From IMG/VR virus record IMGVR_UViG_3300022719_000152, positions 54,794-118,793 of that record: DNA of 64,000 nucleotides; one strand, 5' to 3'. This document shows, in pieces, positions 28,470-37,439 of the stretch. Both the position numbers and the translations under genes were made by a program. The stretch's first letter is position 1, and every line of letters begins with the position of its first letter. The notes under the pieces were generated by a model that did not search any database, was not told where the DNA came from, and worked only from the letters and a program-made list of their open reading frames with translations. The DNA is from a virus.

Positions 28470-29114
28470 CTATTCTTCGCCCATCTTCTTTTCCTTGATG
28501 GCAAGCTCTCGGTCCTTGAAGGCAAGCTCTCGGTCCTGAAGATGAGAAGATCGAATTTTCTGGCCGACGCCGATGAGGTCCAGGCCAGCTTGCGGTGAGA
28601 ACGCCGGAGCAGTGTGTCGAGCTGCGTCAGACATTTCCTTGCGGGCTTTTACGAGCTGGTTGACCTGGTCAACATTCACTCGTGCCATATCGAGGGTGTT
28701 CTCCACAAACGCTCCCGCAACCATGGGATCCGCAGCGTATTCTGGGTTGAACCGATGGAGCGTACTGAAGGCTCTCTGCATTGCCTTCGAGTCCTTGCCT
28801 CTCAGATCAGGGTTAGCTCTGATCATCTCCTTGTAGTTGTCGGCTTTCTCTTCTTCTGCCTGGCTAGCTCGATAGCCACTGAGTGCAGTGTTTGCCAAAG
28901 CGGACCCACCTGTGAGGGCGACACCGGCGAGCAACGGTGGAATGGTCATCTCTGCAACCCGGCCCCAGTTGATAGCCAGTTTCTCTAGGCGAGCCTTTAT
29001 CGAAGGATCAGCCTCTGCAGCCTTGAGCATCTCAGCGACGTTAGAGCCAATACGCTCCACCTGCTCCGCGGTGAGCTGACCCTCTGCAGCCAACTTCTCT
29101 ACAAACTTGCTCAT
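28470..29114 (-). CDS. KxA-motif virion protein with one hydrophobic helix
   Basis: GGAGG RBS. Contains FVEKLAA, LEKLAINW and PPLLAGVALTGGSALA. Confidence 0.65.
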   Translation of the reverse strand: MSKFVEKLAAEGQLTAEQVERIGSNVAEMLKAAEADPSIKARLEKLAINWGRVAEMTIPPLLAGVALTGGSALANTALSGYRASQAEEEKADNYKEMIRANPDLRGKDSKAMQRAFSTLHRFNPEYAADPMVAGAFVENTLDMARVNVDQVNQLVKARKEMSDAARHTAPAFSPQAGLDLIGVGQKIRSSHLQDRELAFKDRELAIKEKKMGEE

Positions 29115-29126
29115 GAGAACCTCCGA

Positions 29127-29411
29127 TCAGAACGGATTGAACTTCGGTACGACTGGTTTTACCCCTCTATAGCCTCGACGGGAGAGTTCTAGTGCCTTCT
29201 GACTGCGAGAGATTCCCTCCATCATCGGACCTGCTGCAGCAGATGCGCCCCCTGCAGCAGCGAGAGAGGCCATGGGGAACTTCCGCACTCCCTTACCCAC
29301 CATCCGAGTACCAAAGCCAACACCTTTGAGAAGCCCCTTCCCCAAAGCTGCACCAAGACCTGCCTCTTTGGTGAGCTCTCCTGCCATTCGACTAGAGTGT
29401 AATAGGCTCAC
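29127..29411 (-). CDS. Small Gly/Ala-rich protein with leader LLHSSRMAGELTKEA
   Basis: Leader shared with 7519-7740, then amphipathic GLGAALGKGLLKGV. Confidence 0.6.
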   Translation of the reverse strand: MSLLHSSRMAGELTKEAGLGAALGKGLLKGVGFGTRMVGKGVRKFPMASLAAAGGASAAAGPMMEGISRSQKALELSRRGYRGVKPVVPKFNPF

Positions 29412-31032
29412 GACGAACCGCCTCCTGCAGGGTGTGGACTACCTCTCGATGATGGTTGGCAATTTGGTTACGGGCGTGTTCGAGCACGCGCTGACCCATG
29501 GCCAACTTGTGCATGGCATCGAACGTTAGAATCAGGGGGTGCTTCGGATTGATGACCCGGGCACTGGCCCCCTTCTCCATCTCGTACTGGATGACGTCGG
29601 ACTGCAGCTTTCGGGTGTCGATGTCCTTGCCAGCCAAATAGGAGACCATGTCCGACATGGCTGACTTGAGGAAGTTTTCGTCCTCAGTGATTGCAGACAT
29701 AGACTGAGCCACGCCTCCCAGGTTGTAACCATTGGAGAGGAGTTGAAAGACATGGCCATGAAACTCTGCTTGAGCTTCCTTCAAGAGATCACGATTCTTG
29801 GCACAGGCGTGGTCGCTGTCCTCCGCCAGCTTGTCAAGCTGCCACTTGGTACGCTGCAGATCTCCGAAGGGGTTGGCCTGTGGGTAGGGCGTCTCCTTGT
29901 TGGCGACAGCCTCTTTGATCTTTCCGAGACTGGTGCCCAACTTGATGTTGGCAGCAACCTTCCTCATCTCTGGGCGAGCGGCCTGGACGTACTGCACCGC
30001 TTTGCTGACGAGCTCGGCGGCCATCTTCTGCTGGGGCATTATCTCCCCGCCACCGCCTCCACCAGGCATCCCACCCTGGATGGCAGCAGCCACGTCCGGA
30101 GGAGGCTGAGCTCCACCGGCGGCTTGAGCCTCACCTTGTCCCTGGGCAGCCGCTGGATCCATTGCGGGGTCAGGCTGAGGGTTCATCATCTGCTCAGTCT
30201 TCTGACGGATGTTGGCGAGCTCTTGCTTCTTCTTCTCCAGTTCCACCTGACGGGACATCTCCATCATCTCTTGGTGATGCTGCTCGGCAGGGTCCATTTG
30301 TGACCCGGTCATCGCTGGGCCGGCACCGATGGAGCCCTGGGGCACCATACCACCCATAGACACCTTCTCGTGAGTGGCCGCCTCGTCGTAGGTCTCTTGA
30401 CTGCCCTCGAGCTTGGGGTTGTTGTCGAGGCCCTCAGTTCCTGGCTCGACGGTACCGTCCTCTCGGGCTGCTTGGAGGATGCGGTCTACAGCAGAGCCTT
30501 CCTTCACCTGCTCAACCTGACCTCCTTCCAAGATACGAAACACCGAAGACATGTCTGGGCCCGCGGAGAGGTCCACACCCATCACCAGCTTCTCGGCGCT
30601 CTTCTCCAACTCGGGGGTGTAAGGCTCGAAGCCGAACATTCGCATCAGCTCCACATCCCCACCCGTCTCGGCACCGGCCGTCTTCACGGGGCCACAAGCG
30701 TAGTCATCAGAGATGATCTGCATGGAAGGGCGGGCTCCGTTATCGAGCTCGTGGAGGACCACACCAGGGTCTGCGATTTCAAATTCAATATTCTTGTCGC
30801 CAGCCTGCTTCTCGAACATGGACGAGAAGGTCTCCTGGTTGGCAAATTCTACCACTCTCTTCACCTGATGAGCTGAGATGGTAGGATACTCCTTGGCGAT
30901 CTTGACGATGGCATCGTTGAGGCTAGACCCTCTACAGAGGTACTCGTTGGACGCTCGCTTCCCCAGGGACTGCAAATCGGTTGCTGATAGGGGGGCGTGA
31001 ACAGTACGGGAGAGCCCCAATGTGTCTGACAT
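29392..31032 (-). CDS. Head core/scaffold-like protein rich in KxA sites
   Basis: GAGG RBS. Contains GKRAS, VKIAK, EKQAG, VKTAG, EKSAE, QKMAA, RKVAA and EKGAS. Confidence 0.65.
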   Translation of the reverse strand: MSDTLGLSRTVHAPLSATDLQSLGKRASNEYLCRGSSLNDAIVKIAKEYPTISAHQVKRVVEFANQETFSSMFEKQAGDKNIEFEIADPGVVLHELDNGARPSMQIISDDYACGPVKTAGAETGGDVELMRMFGFEPYTPELEKSAEKLVMGVDLSAGPDMSSVFRILEGGQVEQVKEGSAVDRILQAAREDGTVEPGTEGLDNNPKLEGSQETYDEAATHEKVSMGGMVPQGSIGAGPAMTGSQMDPAEQHHQEMMEMSRQVELEKKKQELANIRQKTEQMMNPQPDPAMDPAAAQGQGEAQAAGGAQPPPDVAAAIQGGMPGGGGGGEIMPQQKMAAELVSKAVQYVQAARPEMRKVAANIKLGTSLGKIKEAVANKETPYPQANPFGDLQRTKWQLDKLAEDSDHACAKNRDLLKEAQAEFHGHVFQLLSNGYNLGGVAQSMSAITEDENFLKSAMSDMVSYLAGKDIDTRKLQSDVIQYEMEKGASARVINPKHPLILTFDAMHKLAMGQRVLEHARNQIANHHREVVHTLQEAVRREPITL

Positions 31033-31098
31033 GGCTACCTCTTCTGAGTTGGGGTTACCATAGCGGTTACGGCTTCAACCTACCATGGGGTTAAAACA

Positions 31099-31371
31099 GT
31101 GGGAAGAATAGAGAAAGATGGGGTTACACTAGTCAGCCTCGAGGAGGCCATGGAGCTCCTCGGCAAAAGCCGGCGCACCATATTTCGTATGGCTCGCAGA
31201 GGTGAAGTCGTAAAAGTCACCATAAAGCACCGTACTTACTTCACACTCTCCAGCATCAGCAACCACAAACCTCGAATTGGGCCACAAATTGCTCTACCCC
31301 CAGAAGACCCCAACCTCAAAGAGCTCCAACGCAAGGAGCTAGAGCGTCGGCATCCTGAAATCTACATCTGA
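31099..31371 (+). CDS. Excisionase/MerR-like HTH DNA-binding protein
   Basis: VSLEEAMELLGKSRRTIFRMARRGEV. Confidence 0.7.
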   Translation: MGRIEKDGVTLVSLEEAMELLGKSRRTIFRMARRGEVVKVTIKHRTYFTLSSISNHKPRIGPQIALPPEDPNLKELQRKELERRHPEIYI

Positions 31372-34300
31372 TCGTCCCGGTCTGTGAGGTAATCCCTTTC
31401 GTCATTCCACTCTTCAGAGAAGGTGGCTGTATCTTGCGAGGGCACCAGTACGTCAGGGCGCTGTTTGACAAAATATGAAGCCAAGAAGGCGTAGGTGCAT
31501 GCGTGGAAAGTATCGTCCGGGTTCCCAGGCGCGTGCTTGTAGACGTTCATCCGGGTCCGCTCATTGTACTCAGAGTAGATGTTGAGGAAGTCCATGGCGT
31601 GAGGGTCGTCAAACTCCTCCCACCGAGGGTACCGGAACACGTTACTACGCTTGATGGCGTTGAACATATCCGACATGACCTCAGAGCGGTGACAGAGGTA
31701 GCGCGGTACTGCTAGCCGAGGCTCATAGACAATCTTCTTCTTTTGGTTACCAACCCACTGGTATTTCTTGATCTTGTTGGCGCCGAACTCACGCATGAGC
31801 TTGTCGTTGGGCCAGAAACCACCACCGTAGTCCACTCCTACGAACCGGACGTTGAAGTCACGAATGTGGTCCTTGATGATCTCTAGTTGTCGATCAGGCT
31901 CTGACTCTACACCGTCGAAGCGACGCATGTAGAAGTAGGTGAACTTATCCGGGGCAAAGGGCAGGTACCCGCCGAGTACCATGACCGTGTACGTCCCCTC
32001 TCCGGTATTGCCTTGATACCCAATGCAGCCGTTGCGCTCTGTGACGATAAACCCAGTGGGCACCCTGCAGCAGTAGACTTTACCCTTGTAGAGCACCCGC
32101 TCGGCGCGGCTCGGGTCATTGAACACGACGTAGTCCCGGCCTGAAGACCAGCTCACACTCCAACGGTCCTTACGGTTGCCTTCGGCTTCCTTGTGCAGCT
32201 TCAACGTAGATCGCAGCCCAAGAAGGGTAGACAGTTCTTGGAAGTCCTCGCAGAGCTGCTTAGACGTCGAACTGTAGCTACCGTTGTCGCAGTTCTCTCG
32301 ACCATCAACGGTGCCGTCCCCGAGCATCATGGCATCCCAGAGGATCTTCAGTTGTCGCTGAGACAGCCGTAAGAACTCACGAGGAATACGCTTAGTTGCG
32401 CTACTACCGCCTACGTTCTGCTCAACCCAGTGCCAGAACTGCTTATCCCAGATGGTCCAGTTGACGTCGCCAGTCTTTGGATTGGTAGACTCAGAGTACT
32501 CAATACCTAGCCGGTCCATGCAGTCTCGAATCTTGGCAGTAGTCCCTGGGTTCACAGTCTCTCGCTGGGACATCTTGAGGCACGAAGGTCGTTTCTCGCC
32601 ATTCCCAGACCGACTAGGTACCCAACACAACCCGCCCTCCGATAGAAAGTAGCCCAGAAACTCTAGCCAGTCGTCCATGGCAAACGTCTGAGCTTCTGCG
32701 CCTGAGTATCCAGCAGAAGAGGGCAAGCCTGGCAGCTCAAAGGACTCCTGCTCTTGTCCATCGAAGAAGGTCGTACCAACGAACTTCACCTGACCAGTAC
32801 GCTCTACGAAATCCCCAGCCCGCTCAACCTTGAACTCCGAGCCGTTCTTTCCCTTGAACAGCATCCGATGGGTGTCCGTGAGCATCATATCGAGGCCCTT
32901 GGCCTTGAAATGCAGGAGCTCCCCATCCCAGTCCCTCACCGTGCGGACCATAGGCTTCACAAAGCTCATTTCTCGGGTGCGCTCATCGAACTGAGCCACC
33001 TGGTCATCGTCCGTCAGATCCTTGAAGTGGACAAAACCCCGCTGAGTAAGGATACGGGTCTGCTCGTCATGGCAGCCCCAGTCAACCCCCATGAAGACAG
33101 GGTACTGACTGGTCCATTTGATGACGTCTCGATAGTACGCCATCGATAGCTGATTCCACGAGTTCTTCAGTAGATCAGCACGAGTGAGAGGCCTGGTGCC
33201 TGAGTCATAGCTGCGCCCAAGGACCTCGTTGTAGAACTTGGCACGAGAGTACTTGCGCTGCTTGTCGAGGATGTCCGCATGCTCAATCCAAGGAACCATG
33301 AGCTGCGGAATGCGATACCCCTCAAAAGGCTTCTCCACCTTCGGATTGGGGTTTATAGAATTCCATCTAGCGTCTTCGTCCTTGGGGTCTATTGGTTTCC
33401 CACAACGGTCACAGATGAGAGACTTGTTCCCGATGTTGTCCTCATCAAGGATGTTCCAATGCCAACTGCCTGAGTCCTTCGGAGTGCCATGGCGTTTGCA
33501 GGGGACAATCCACTCGTTCTGTGTGGAGAAGCGAGACCAGTAATGCTCAATGGCGTTGTCGAGTGATTTGGGCGTGCCAGCATAGGTGAACAGCTTGAAG
33601 GTAGAGTGTGAAGCACACTCCTCAATAACCGGCACGTTCTCCAAGAGGATGTCCTGGAACTCGTCGATGATGACCTTGTCAGCCGGGATACCACGGCACC
33701 GGTCAGCATTGAGAAACGCGAAGCGGAGTGTGATTTGAGAGAAGTTGACGAGCTTCTTTTCGAGCACGTTCGCCAGCATCTTGCTGGATGTGTACTTCCT
33801 CAGGACCGGGGAGACCTCCATCGGCTCCTTGATACGGTCACGACTGAAGACCTTGGTTTGCTGGTTGGAAGGCGAGACGTAGAGCGCACGAAAGAACGGG
33901 TTGAGTGCCGTGTAGGCTAGGCAGGTGTTGCCTAATAGCGTAGAGTTGTGCGTCACGAATCCATCAGCCACAAAGTTGTGATGTGGGGATACTTCAAAGT
34001 CCACGCAGTCCTGCTCACCGATATCTTTGATATCTACAATCGTGTCCCAATAGAGATCTGTGTCGAGGTGGGCCTCTAAGTGATCAACCATTTCCTGATT
34101 GAACCGTCTATCCATCCGAAAGAAATCAACGTAGAGCGCCAGCTTTTCTCGTGTCGGAGGATACTTCAAGCTTCTGCGCAGCCCGTATTCGTGCAGACTG
34201 TTATTGTCCCTATTCTCGTGCCAATCATCTTCTCCCCGAGAACCGAGTATATCTCCGATGAGGTTGTTGATCTCTTTCGGGTATGTGCCTCGATTGTTGT

Positions 34301-35516
34301 TACTACCAACTTCCGGAAGGGGAACATTCTCACTCTTTCCAAGCGCCCCTATATCCTGCAAGAACGTAGACACCCCCCCTACAGTCTCTACGCGAAGAAT
34401 GTATGCCGTCTTCTCAATACCTCGCTTCTTCCAGTAATTGGGCCAATTCTCTCTAATCCGGGTAGGTACTCCGAACTTCCACAAAAGAGCCTGCACCTGG
34501 CGAACAAGAGTATGAGACATAGAGCAATACTCGATTGAGTATTTCGAAGAGCTGTTCCGCTTAACATGACCATCAGTGGACCACAGGCGGTTCAAGAACA
34601 GGGCAGTATCCTCTCGGCCCAGATCAAACACCCATGAGGGTATAAACTTTGTGTAGGAATTCGAGCCTACAAGGCCGTCTTCCTCCAACCAGTCACGAAC
34701 AGAACCGTTCTCATGAAGACGAACATCCTTGGCAGTGGTACCGCTCTTTGGAGATACTCGTACAGTACCGCCTGCGTCGCATACGCACCGCAAGAAGTCG
34801 TTTAGCTGAGGGCCTGGGACTGACGTGAACGAGATATAACGTCCGATATAACCATCCCCGATAAGGTAGGCTGTAAGAGCAATCCGCTCTTGGGAAGCAC
34901 TCACAGCCGCAGTAAACTCTCCAGCTTTGCGAACTACAGCAAGGCGGTCACCTGCCTTCAAGTTGCCTGCTTCCGTCCAGGAACCCCAGGTTCTCATTGG
35001 ATGAGTAGTCGCCACGGAGCATTCGTGCCCTTGCCGGGTTTTGATCTTCACGCAAGGCTTGCGATAAACACGAGACTTCCAGGAGACCTCTCCTACTTCG
35101 ATTTTGGAGCCGTCACGCTGTTCCATCGAAGTTAGACGATCCCCCTCGATTACGTCCTCAGCACGAACGAACGACCCGTTCTCTCGAGAGATGAGAGAGT
35201 CGAGAACGAGCGTCTTCTCAACCTGCCGGCCCGCCATGAGTAACCGACGCTTTGCTGGCGAGTTGTAGATGGTCTTGAGGTACCGGCGCTCGGAGAAATC
35301 GAATCTGTGCAGACCTCCGGAGACCGGCATGTAGACTGCGAACTCGATGAACTGCGAGGGCGTAGAGTACTGCCGGTCTGAGGTGAGAAACTTCTCGTCT
35401 ACCTCTGCCTCATCCAAGTACCGGGCATCCTCCCCAAAGTGCTCGTTCTCCTCCTTGTCCTCCTTGTAGAGGAGGGGATTGATGGGTTTGATGTTTGGAT
35501 TGGAGGGGGCAAGCAT
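31362..35516 (-). CDS. Terminase large subunit with two inteins (about 605 aa after splicing)
   Basis: Spliced Walker A GRQVEK|ST, RGIPAD, Walker B IIDEFQD, GTPKS, nuclease motif GVDWG|TG and PDDTFHA. Confidence 0.9.
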   Translation of the reverse strand: MLAPSNPNIKPINPLLYKEDKEENEHFGEDARYLDEAEVDEKFLTSDRQYSTPSQFIEFAVYMPVSGGLHRFDFSERRYLKTIYNSPAKRRLLMAGRQVEKTLVLDSLISRENGSFVRAEDVIEGDRLTSMEQRDGSKIEVGEVSWKSRVYRKPCVKIKTRQGHECSVATTHPMRTWGSWTEAGNLKAGDRLAVVRKAGEFTAAVSASQERIALTAYLIGDGYIGRYISFTSVPGPQLNDFLRCVCDAGGTVRVSPKSGTTAKDVRLHENGSVRDWLEEDGLVGSNSYTKFIPSWVFDLGREDTALFLNRLWSTDGHVKRNSSSKYSIEYCSMSHTLVRQVQALLWKFGVPTRIRENWPNYWKKRGIEKTAYILRVETVGGVSTFLQDIGALGKSENVPLPEVGSNNNRGTYPKEINNLIGDILGSRGEDDWHENRDNNSLHEYGLRRSLKYPPTREKLALYVDFFRMDRRFNQEMVDHLEAHLDTDLYWDTIVDIKDIGEQDCVDFEVSPHHNFVADGFVTHNSTLLGNTCLAYTALNPFFRALYVSPSNQQTKVFSRDRIKEPMEVSPVLRKYTSSKMLANVLEKKLVNFSQITLRFAFLNADRCRGIPADKVIIDEFQDILLENVPVIEECASHSTFKLFTYAGTPKSLDNAIEHYWSRFSTQNEWIVPCKRHGTPKDSGSWHWNILDEDNIGNKSLICDRCGKPIDPKDEDARWNSINPNPKVEKPFEGYRIPQLMVPWIEHADILDKQRKYSRAKFYNEVLGRSYDSGTRPLTRADLLKNSWNQLSMAYYRDVIKWTSQYPVFMGVDWGCHDEQTRILTQRGFVHFKDLTDDDQVAQFDERTREMSFVKPMVRTVRDWDGELLHFKAKGLDMMLTDTHRMLFKGKNGSEFKVERAGDFVERTGQVKFVGTTFFDGQEQESFELPGLPSSAGYSGAEAQTFAMDDWLEFLGYFLSEGGLCWVPSRSGNGEKRPSCLKMSQRETVNPGTTAKIRDCMDRLGIEYSESTNPKTGDVNWTIWDKQFWHWVEQNVGGSSATKRIPREFLRLSQRQLKILWDAMMLGDGTVDGRENCDNGSYSSTSKQLCEDFQELSTLLGLRSTLKLHKEAEGNRKDRWSVSWSSGRDYVVFNDPSRAERVLYKGKVYCCRVPTGFIVTERNGCIGYQGNTGEGTYTVMVLGGYLPFAPDKFTYFYMRRFDGVESEPDRQLEIIKDHIRDFNVRFVGVDYGGGFWPNDKLMREFGANKIKKYQWVGNQKKKIVYEPRLAVPRYLCHRSEVMSDMFNAIKRSNVFRYPRWEEFDDPHAMDFLNIYSEYNERTRMNVYKHAPGNPDDTFHACTYAFLASYFVKQRPDVLVPSQDTATFSEEWNDERDYLTDRDDQM
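32007..33074 (-). mobile_element. Intein 2 in terminase (356 aa) with LAGLIDADG endonuclease
   Basis: Begins CHDEQT, has TDTH block B, FLGYFLSEG and AMMLGDG, and ends VYCC...YQGN before Thr. Confidence 0.85.
33945..35213 (-). mobile_element. Intein 1 in terminase (423 aa) with LAGLIDADG endonuclease
   Basis: Inserted in the P-loop. Has ATTHP, TAYLIGDG and LNRLWSTDG, and ends FVADGFVTHN before Ser. Confidence 0.85.
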
Positions 35517-36389
35517 CTAGATCGGCTCAATCCCCATTCCGGTCTGTAGTTGGGCGATCTTGTCTGCAAGCCGCCGCATCAACTGTCGGCCAGCCTGGAA
35601 GAACTTCTCGTTGTGGTTGATAGCATCGTTGGACTCAGAATAGCTCAAACCTCGATTCACAGTCATGCCAACAACCAAGTCCTCCGGACAGTAGATTCCT
35701 TTCCACCTAAGGGTCCACTTCAATGAATCCACTGCTTGTCGGGTCGTGGGCTCTCCAAGTTGCTTGGCCACCATCATGTTCTTGGAGGGGAAAGACAGGG
35801 GCATGGGGAACCTCTCAGGCTCATCGGCGCCGTCGTCACCATGGACAAAAATAGCTGCCACCTTCCCCACAAGGTGATTCTTCATCAGGTGGTCATGTTT
35901 TCTAGCCTGGTCTAGGGCTCTTGTGAGCTCAGCGTTCTTTGACTTCTCTCTGTCGCCGTAGATCTCAAGAGCTTGGTCAGAGGTCATGGTGAGATTGACA
36001 CACACCAAGCGATCCATCATCTGCTTGATTCTACTGGTGACGGAGTACCAGTGAACGGGCGTGAAGAAGGCAAACCCATCAGCCGCTAGCATGCGCTCAT
36101 AGACCTTCATGTCATGCATGAAGTCCGGAAGCTCCGCCTCGTCACCGCTAGCTTGTGGGCCCCAACAATCGCATGGAAAATGGCAATGATACCCGCCTGC
36201 AGTGGACTGACATCCCTTGCACGGTTGAATCGGAATGTGCCCGTAGTTGACGCTCAGATCGAGGTAGTCAATCTCAACGTCGCTAGCTATCTCCGCTGCA
36301 GACGTGTGGGCCAGAGTACGAGTCTTGCCCCATTGGTTCGGACAGTTGCCTGGGTGCCGCGGGGACCCTTGGATGACCATGATCCTCAA
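35517..36389 (-). CDS. Flavodoxin-like iron-sulfur flavoprotein / FMN reductase family
   Basis: IQGSPR, PCKGC...HCHFPCDC, ADGFAFFTPVHWY, IKQMMDRL and LVGKVAA. Confidence 0.8.
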   Translation of the reverse strand: MRIMVIQGSPRHPGNCPNQWGKTRTLAHTSAAEIASDVEIDYLDLSVNYGHIPIQPCKGCQSTAGGYHCHFPCDCWGPQASGDEAELPDFMHDMKVYERMLAADGFAFFTPVHWYSVTSRIKQMMDRLVCVNLTMTSDQALEIYGDREKSKNAELTRALDQARKHDHLMKNHLVGKVAAIFVHGDDGADEPERFPMPLSFPSKNMMVAKQLGEPTTRQAVDSLKWTLRWKGIYCPEDLVVGMTVNRGLSYSESNDAINHNEKFFQAGRQLMRRLADKIAQLQTGMGIEPI

Positions 36390-36413
36390 TTTTCACCTCT
36401 GCGCTGGTATAAG
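36385..36413 (+). promoter_or_regulatory. Putative phage promoter, possibly driving a leaderless transcript
   Basis: CTCAAT-N14-TGGTATAAG, with an ATG 6 nt downstream at 36420. Confidence 0.5.
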
Positions 36414-36419
36414 AGTCTC

Positions 36420-36776
36420 ATGAACCTTCAAGACGCCAAAATAGCCCGTAAGCGGTTGGAGTGGGTGGACCACGCACGGGCGGGGATACTTCGTGCTGTC
36501 GGTGATGACATAGTCAGCACCAACTTCCAAGTATTCCCCACAGTGGACCCCATCAAATTCATTCTAAAAATACAACTGATACGACCTCTTGGGAAGGACA
36601 CTCGCAAGCCTCTGCGCAAATACATTCGTTGCTGGGCTAAAGAGTGGGACTGCGATCTACCCAGAATCGACATTGACAACAAGAAGATAACAGCAGAGGT
36701 CTTTACTAAACGGAGGCACTACAGAAGAGATGCAAAGGGCAAATTCACAGGTAAGACTCACGGCGGGCCTCGATGA
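36420..36776 (+). CDS. Hypothetical basic protein
   Basis: MNLQDAKIARKRLEW... The longer ORF-track version overlaps the flavoprotein gene on the opposite strand. Confidence 0.55.
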   Translation: MNLQDAKIARKRLEWVDHARAGILRAVGDDIVSTNFQVFPTVDPIKFILKIQLIRPLGKDTRKPLRKYIRCWAKEWDCDLPRIDIDNKKITAEVFTKRRHYRRDAKGKFTGKTHGGPR

Positions 36777-37374
36777 GGTTGGCATGGGATGCTTGGCAGG
36801 CCCCGTCACAGTCTGTGTGGTGGGGATGCCTCCCAACGTCACCCTCCTAGCAGGAGTCCGTGATTCAAAAAAAATGTCTGAGGAACAGCGCAACGCTGTC
36901 GCCCCTCAGATCGTAAAACTAGCTGAAGAGCACGGCTACTTCGGTATCGGCTGGGCTTCGCCTGGCTACATAGATGAGCACGGCATAGCCGAAGCATGGC
37001 AGAAGGCAGCGAGTGATGCTCTCGCTCGAGCGCCAGACGGCATGGAGCTCGTCATCGACGGCACCAGACCAGTCAAGTCGTACACCTACATCCAAAGAAC
37101 CGAGGTGAAGGCAGACGACAAATATTGGACGGTGGCGGCAGCAAGCGTGGTTGCCAAGACAGTTAGAGACCTTGGCATGCTAGACATGGGCCGGGAGTAC
37201 CCTGCCTACGGATGGGCTCGCAACGCTGGTTATGGGACAGAGGAGCATCGTCGTGCGGTCCTCCAATACGGTCCATGTGATTACCACCGCATGCGCTACC
37301 TCAAGAAAATGGTCCAGAAAGAAAACCCATTCTGGGGAGATCAGTATCGGCACTGGGCCAGCCGCAATAAGTGA
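36730..37374 (+). CDS. rnhB: Ribonuclease HII
   Basis: AGLDEVGMGCLAGP, DSKK, IDG, KAD, AAASVVAK, GYGT..H and HR motifs. Confidence 0.9.
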   Translation: MQRANSQVRLTAGLDEVGMGCLAGPVTVCVVGMPPNVTLLAGVRDSKKMSEEQRNAVAPQIVKLAEEHGYFGIGWASPGYIDEHGIAEAWQKAASDALARAPDGMELVIDGTRPVKSYTYIQRTEVKADDKYWTVAAASVVAKTVRDLGMLDMGREYPAYGWARNAGYGTEEHRRAVLQYGPCDYHRMRYLKKMVQKENPFWGDQYRHWASRNK

Positions 37375-37392
37375 AAGAAACCTCGGTATAAG
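37363..37392 (+). promoter_or_regulatory. Putative phage promoter
   Basis: CGCAAT-N15-CGGTATAAG upstream of the 37440 gene. Confidence 0.5.
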
Positions 37393-37439
37393 AAATGTGA
37401 GCGGCGAAAGCTGCCCAAAACCCTTTACCGGAGGAATTC

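Noticed and set aside
28493-28537. 21-bp tandem duplication (DRELAFK/DRELAIK)
   Set aside because: In-frame coiled-coil heptad duplication with no sign of further function.
31099-31371. Excisionase as evidence of a prophage or integration module
   Set aside because: No integrase or att-like repeats were seen. A standalone HTH regulator is more likely.
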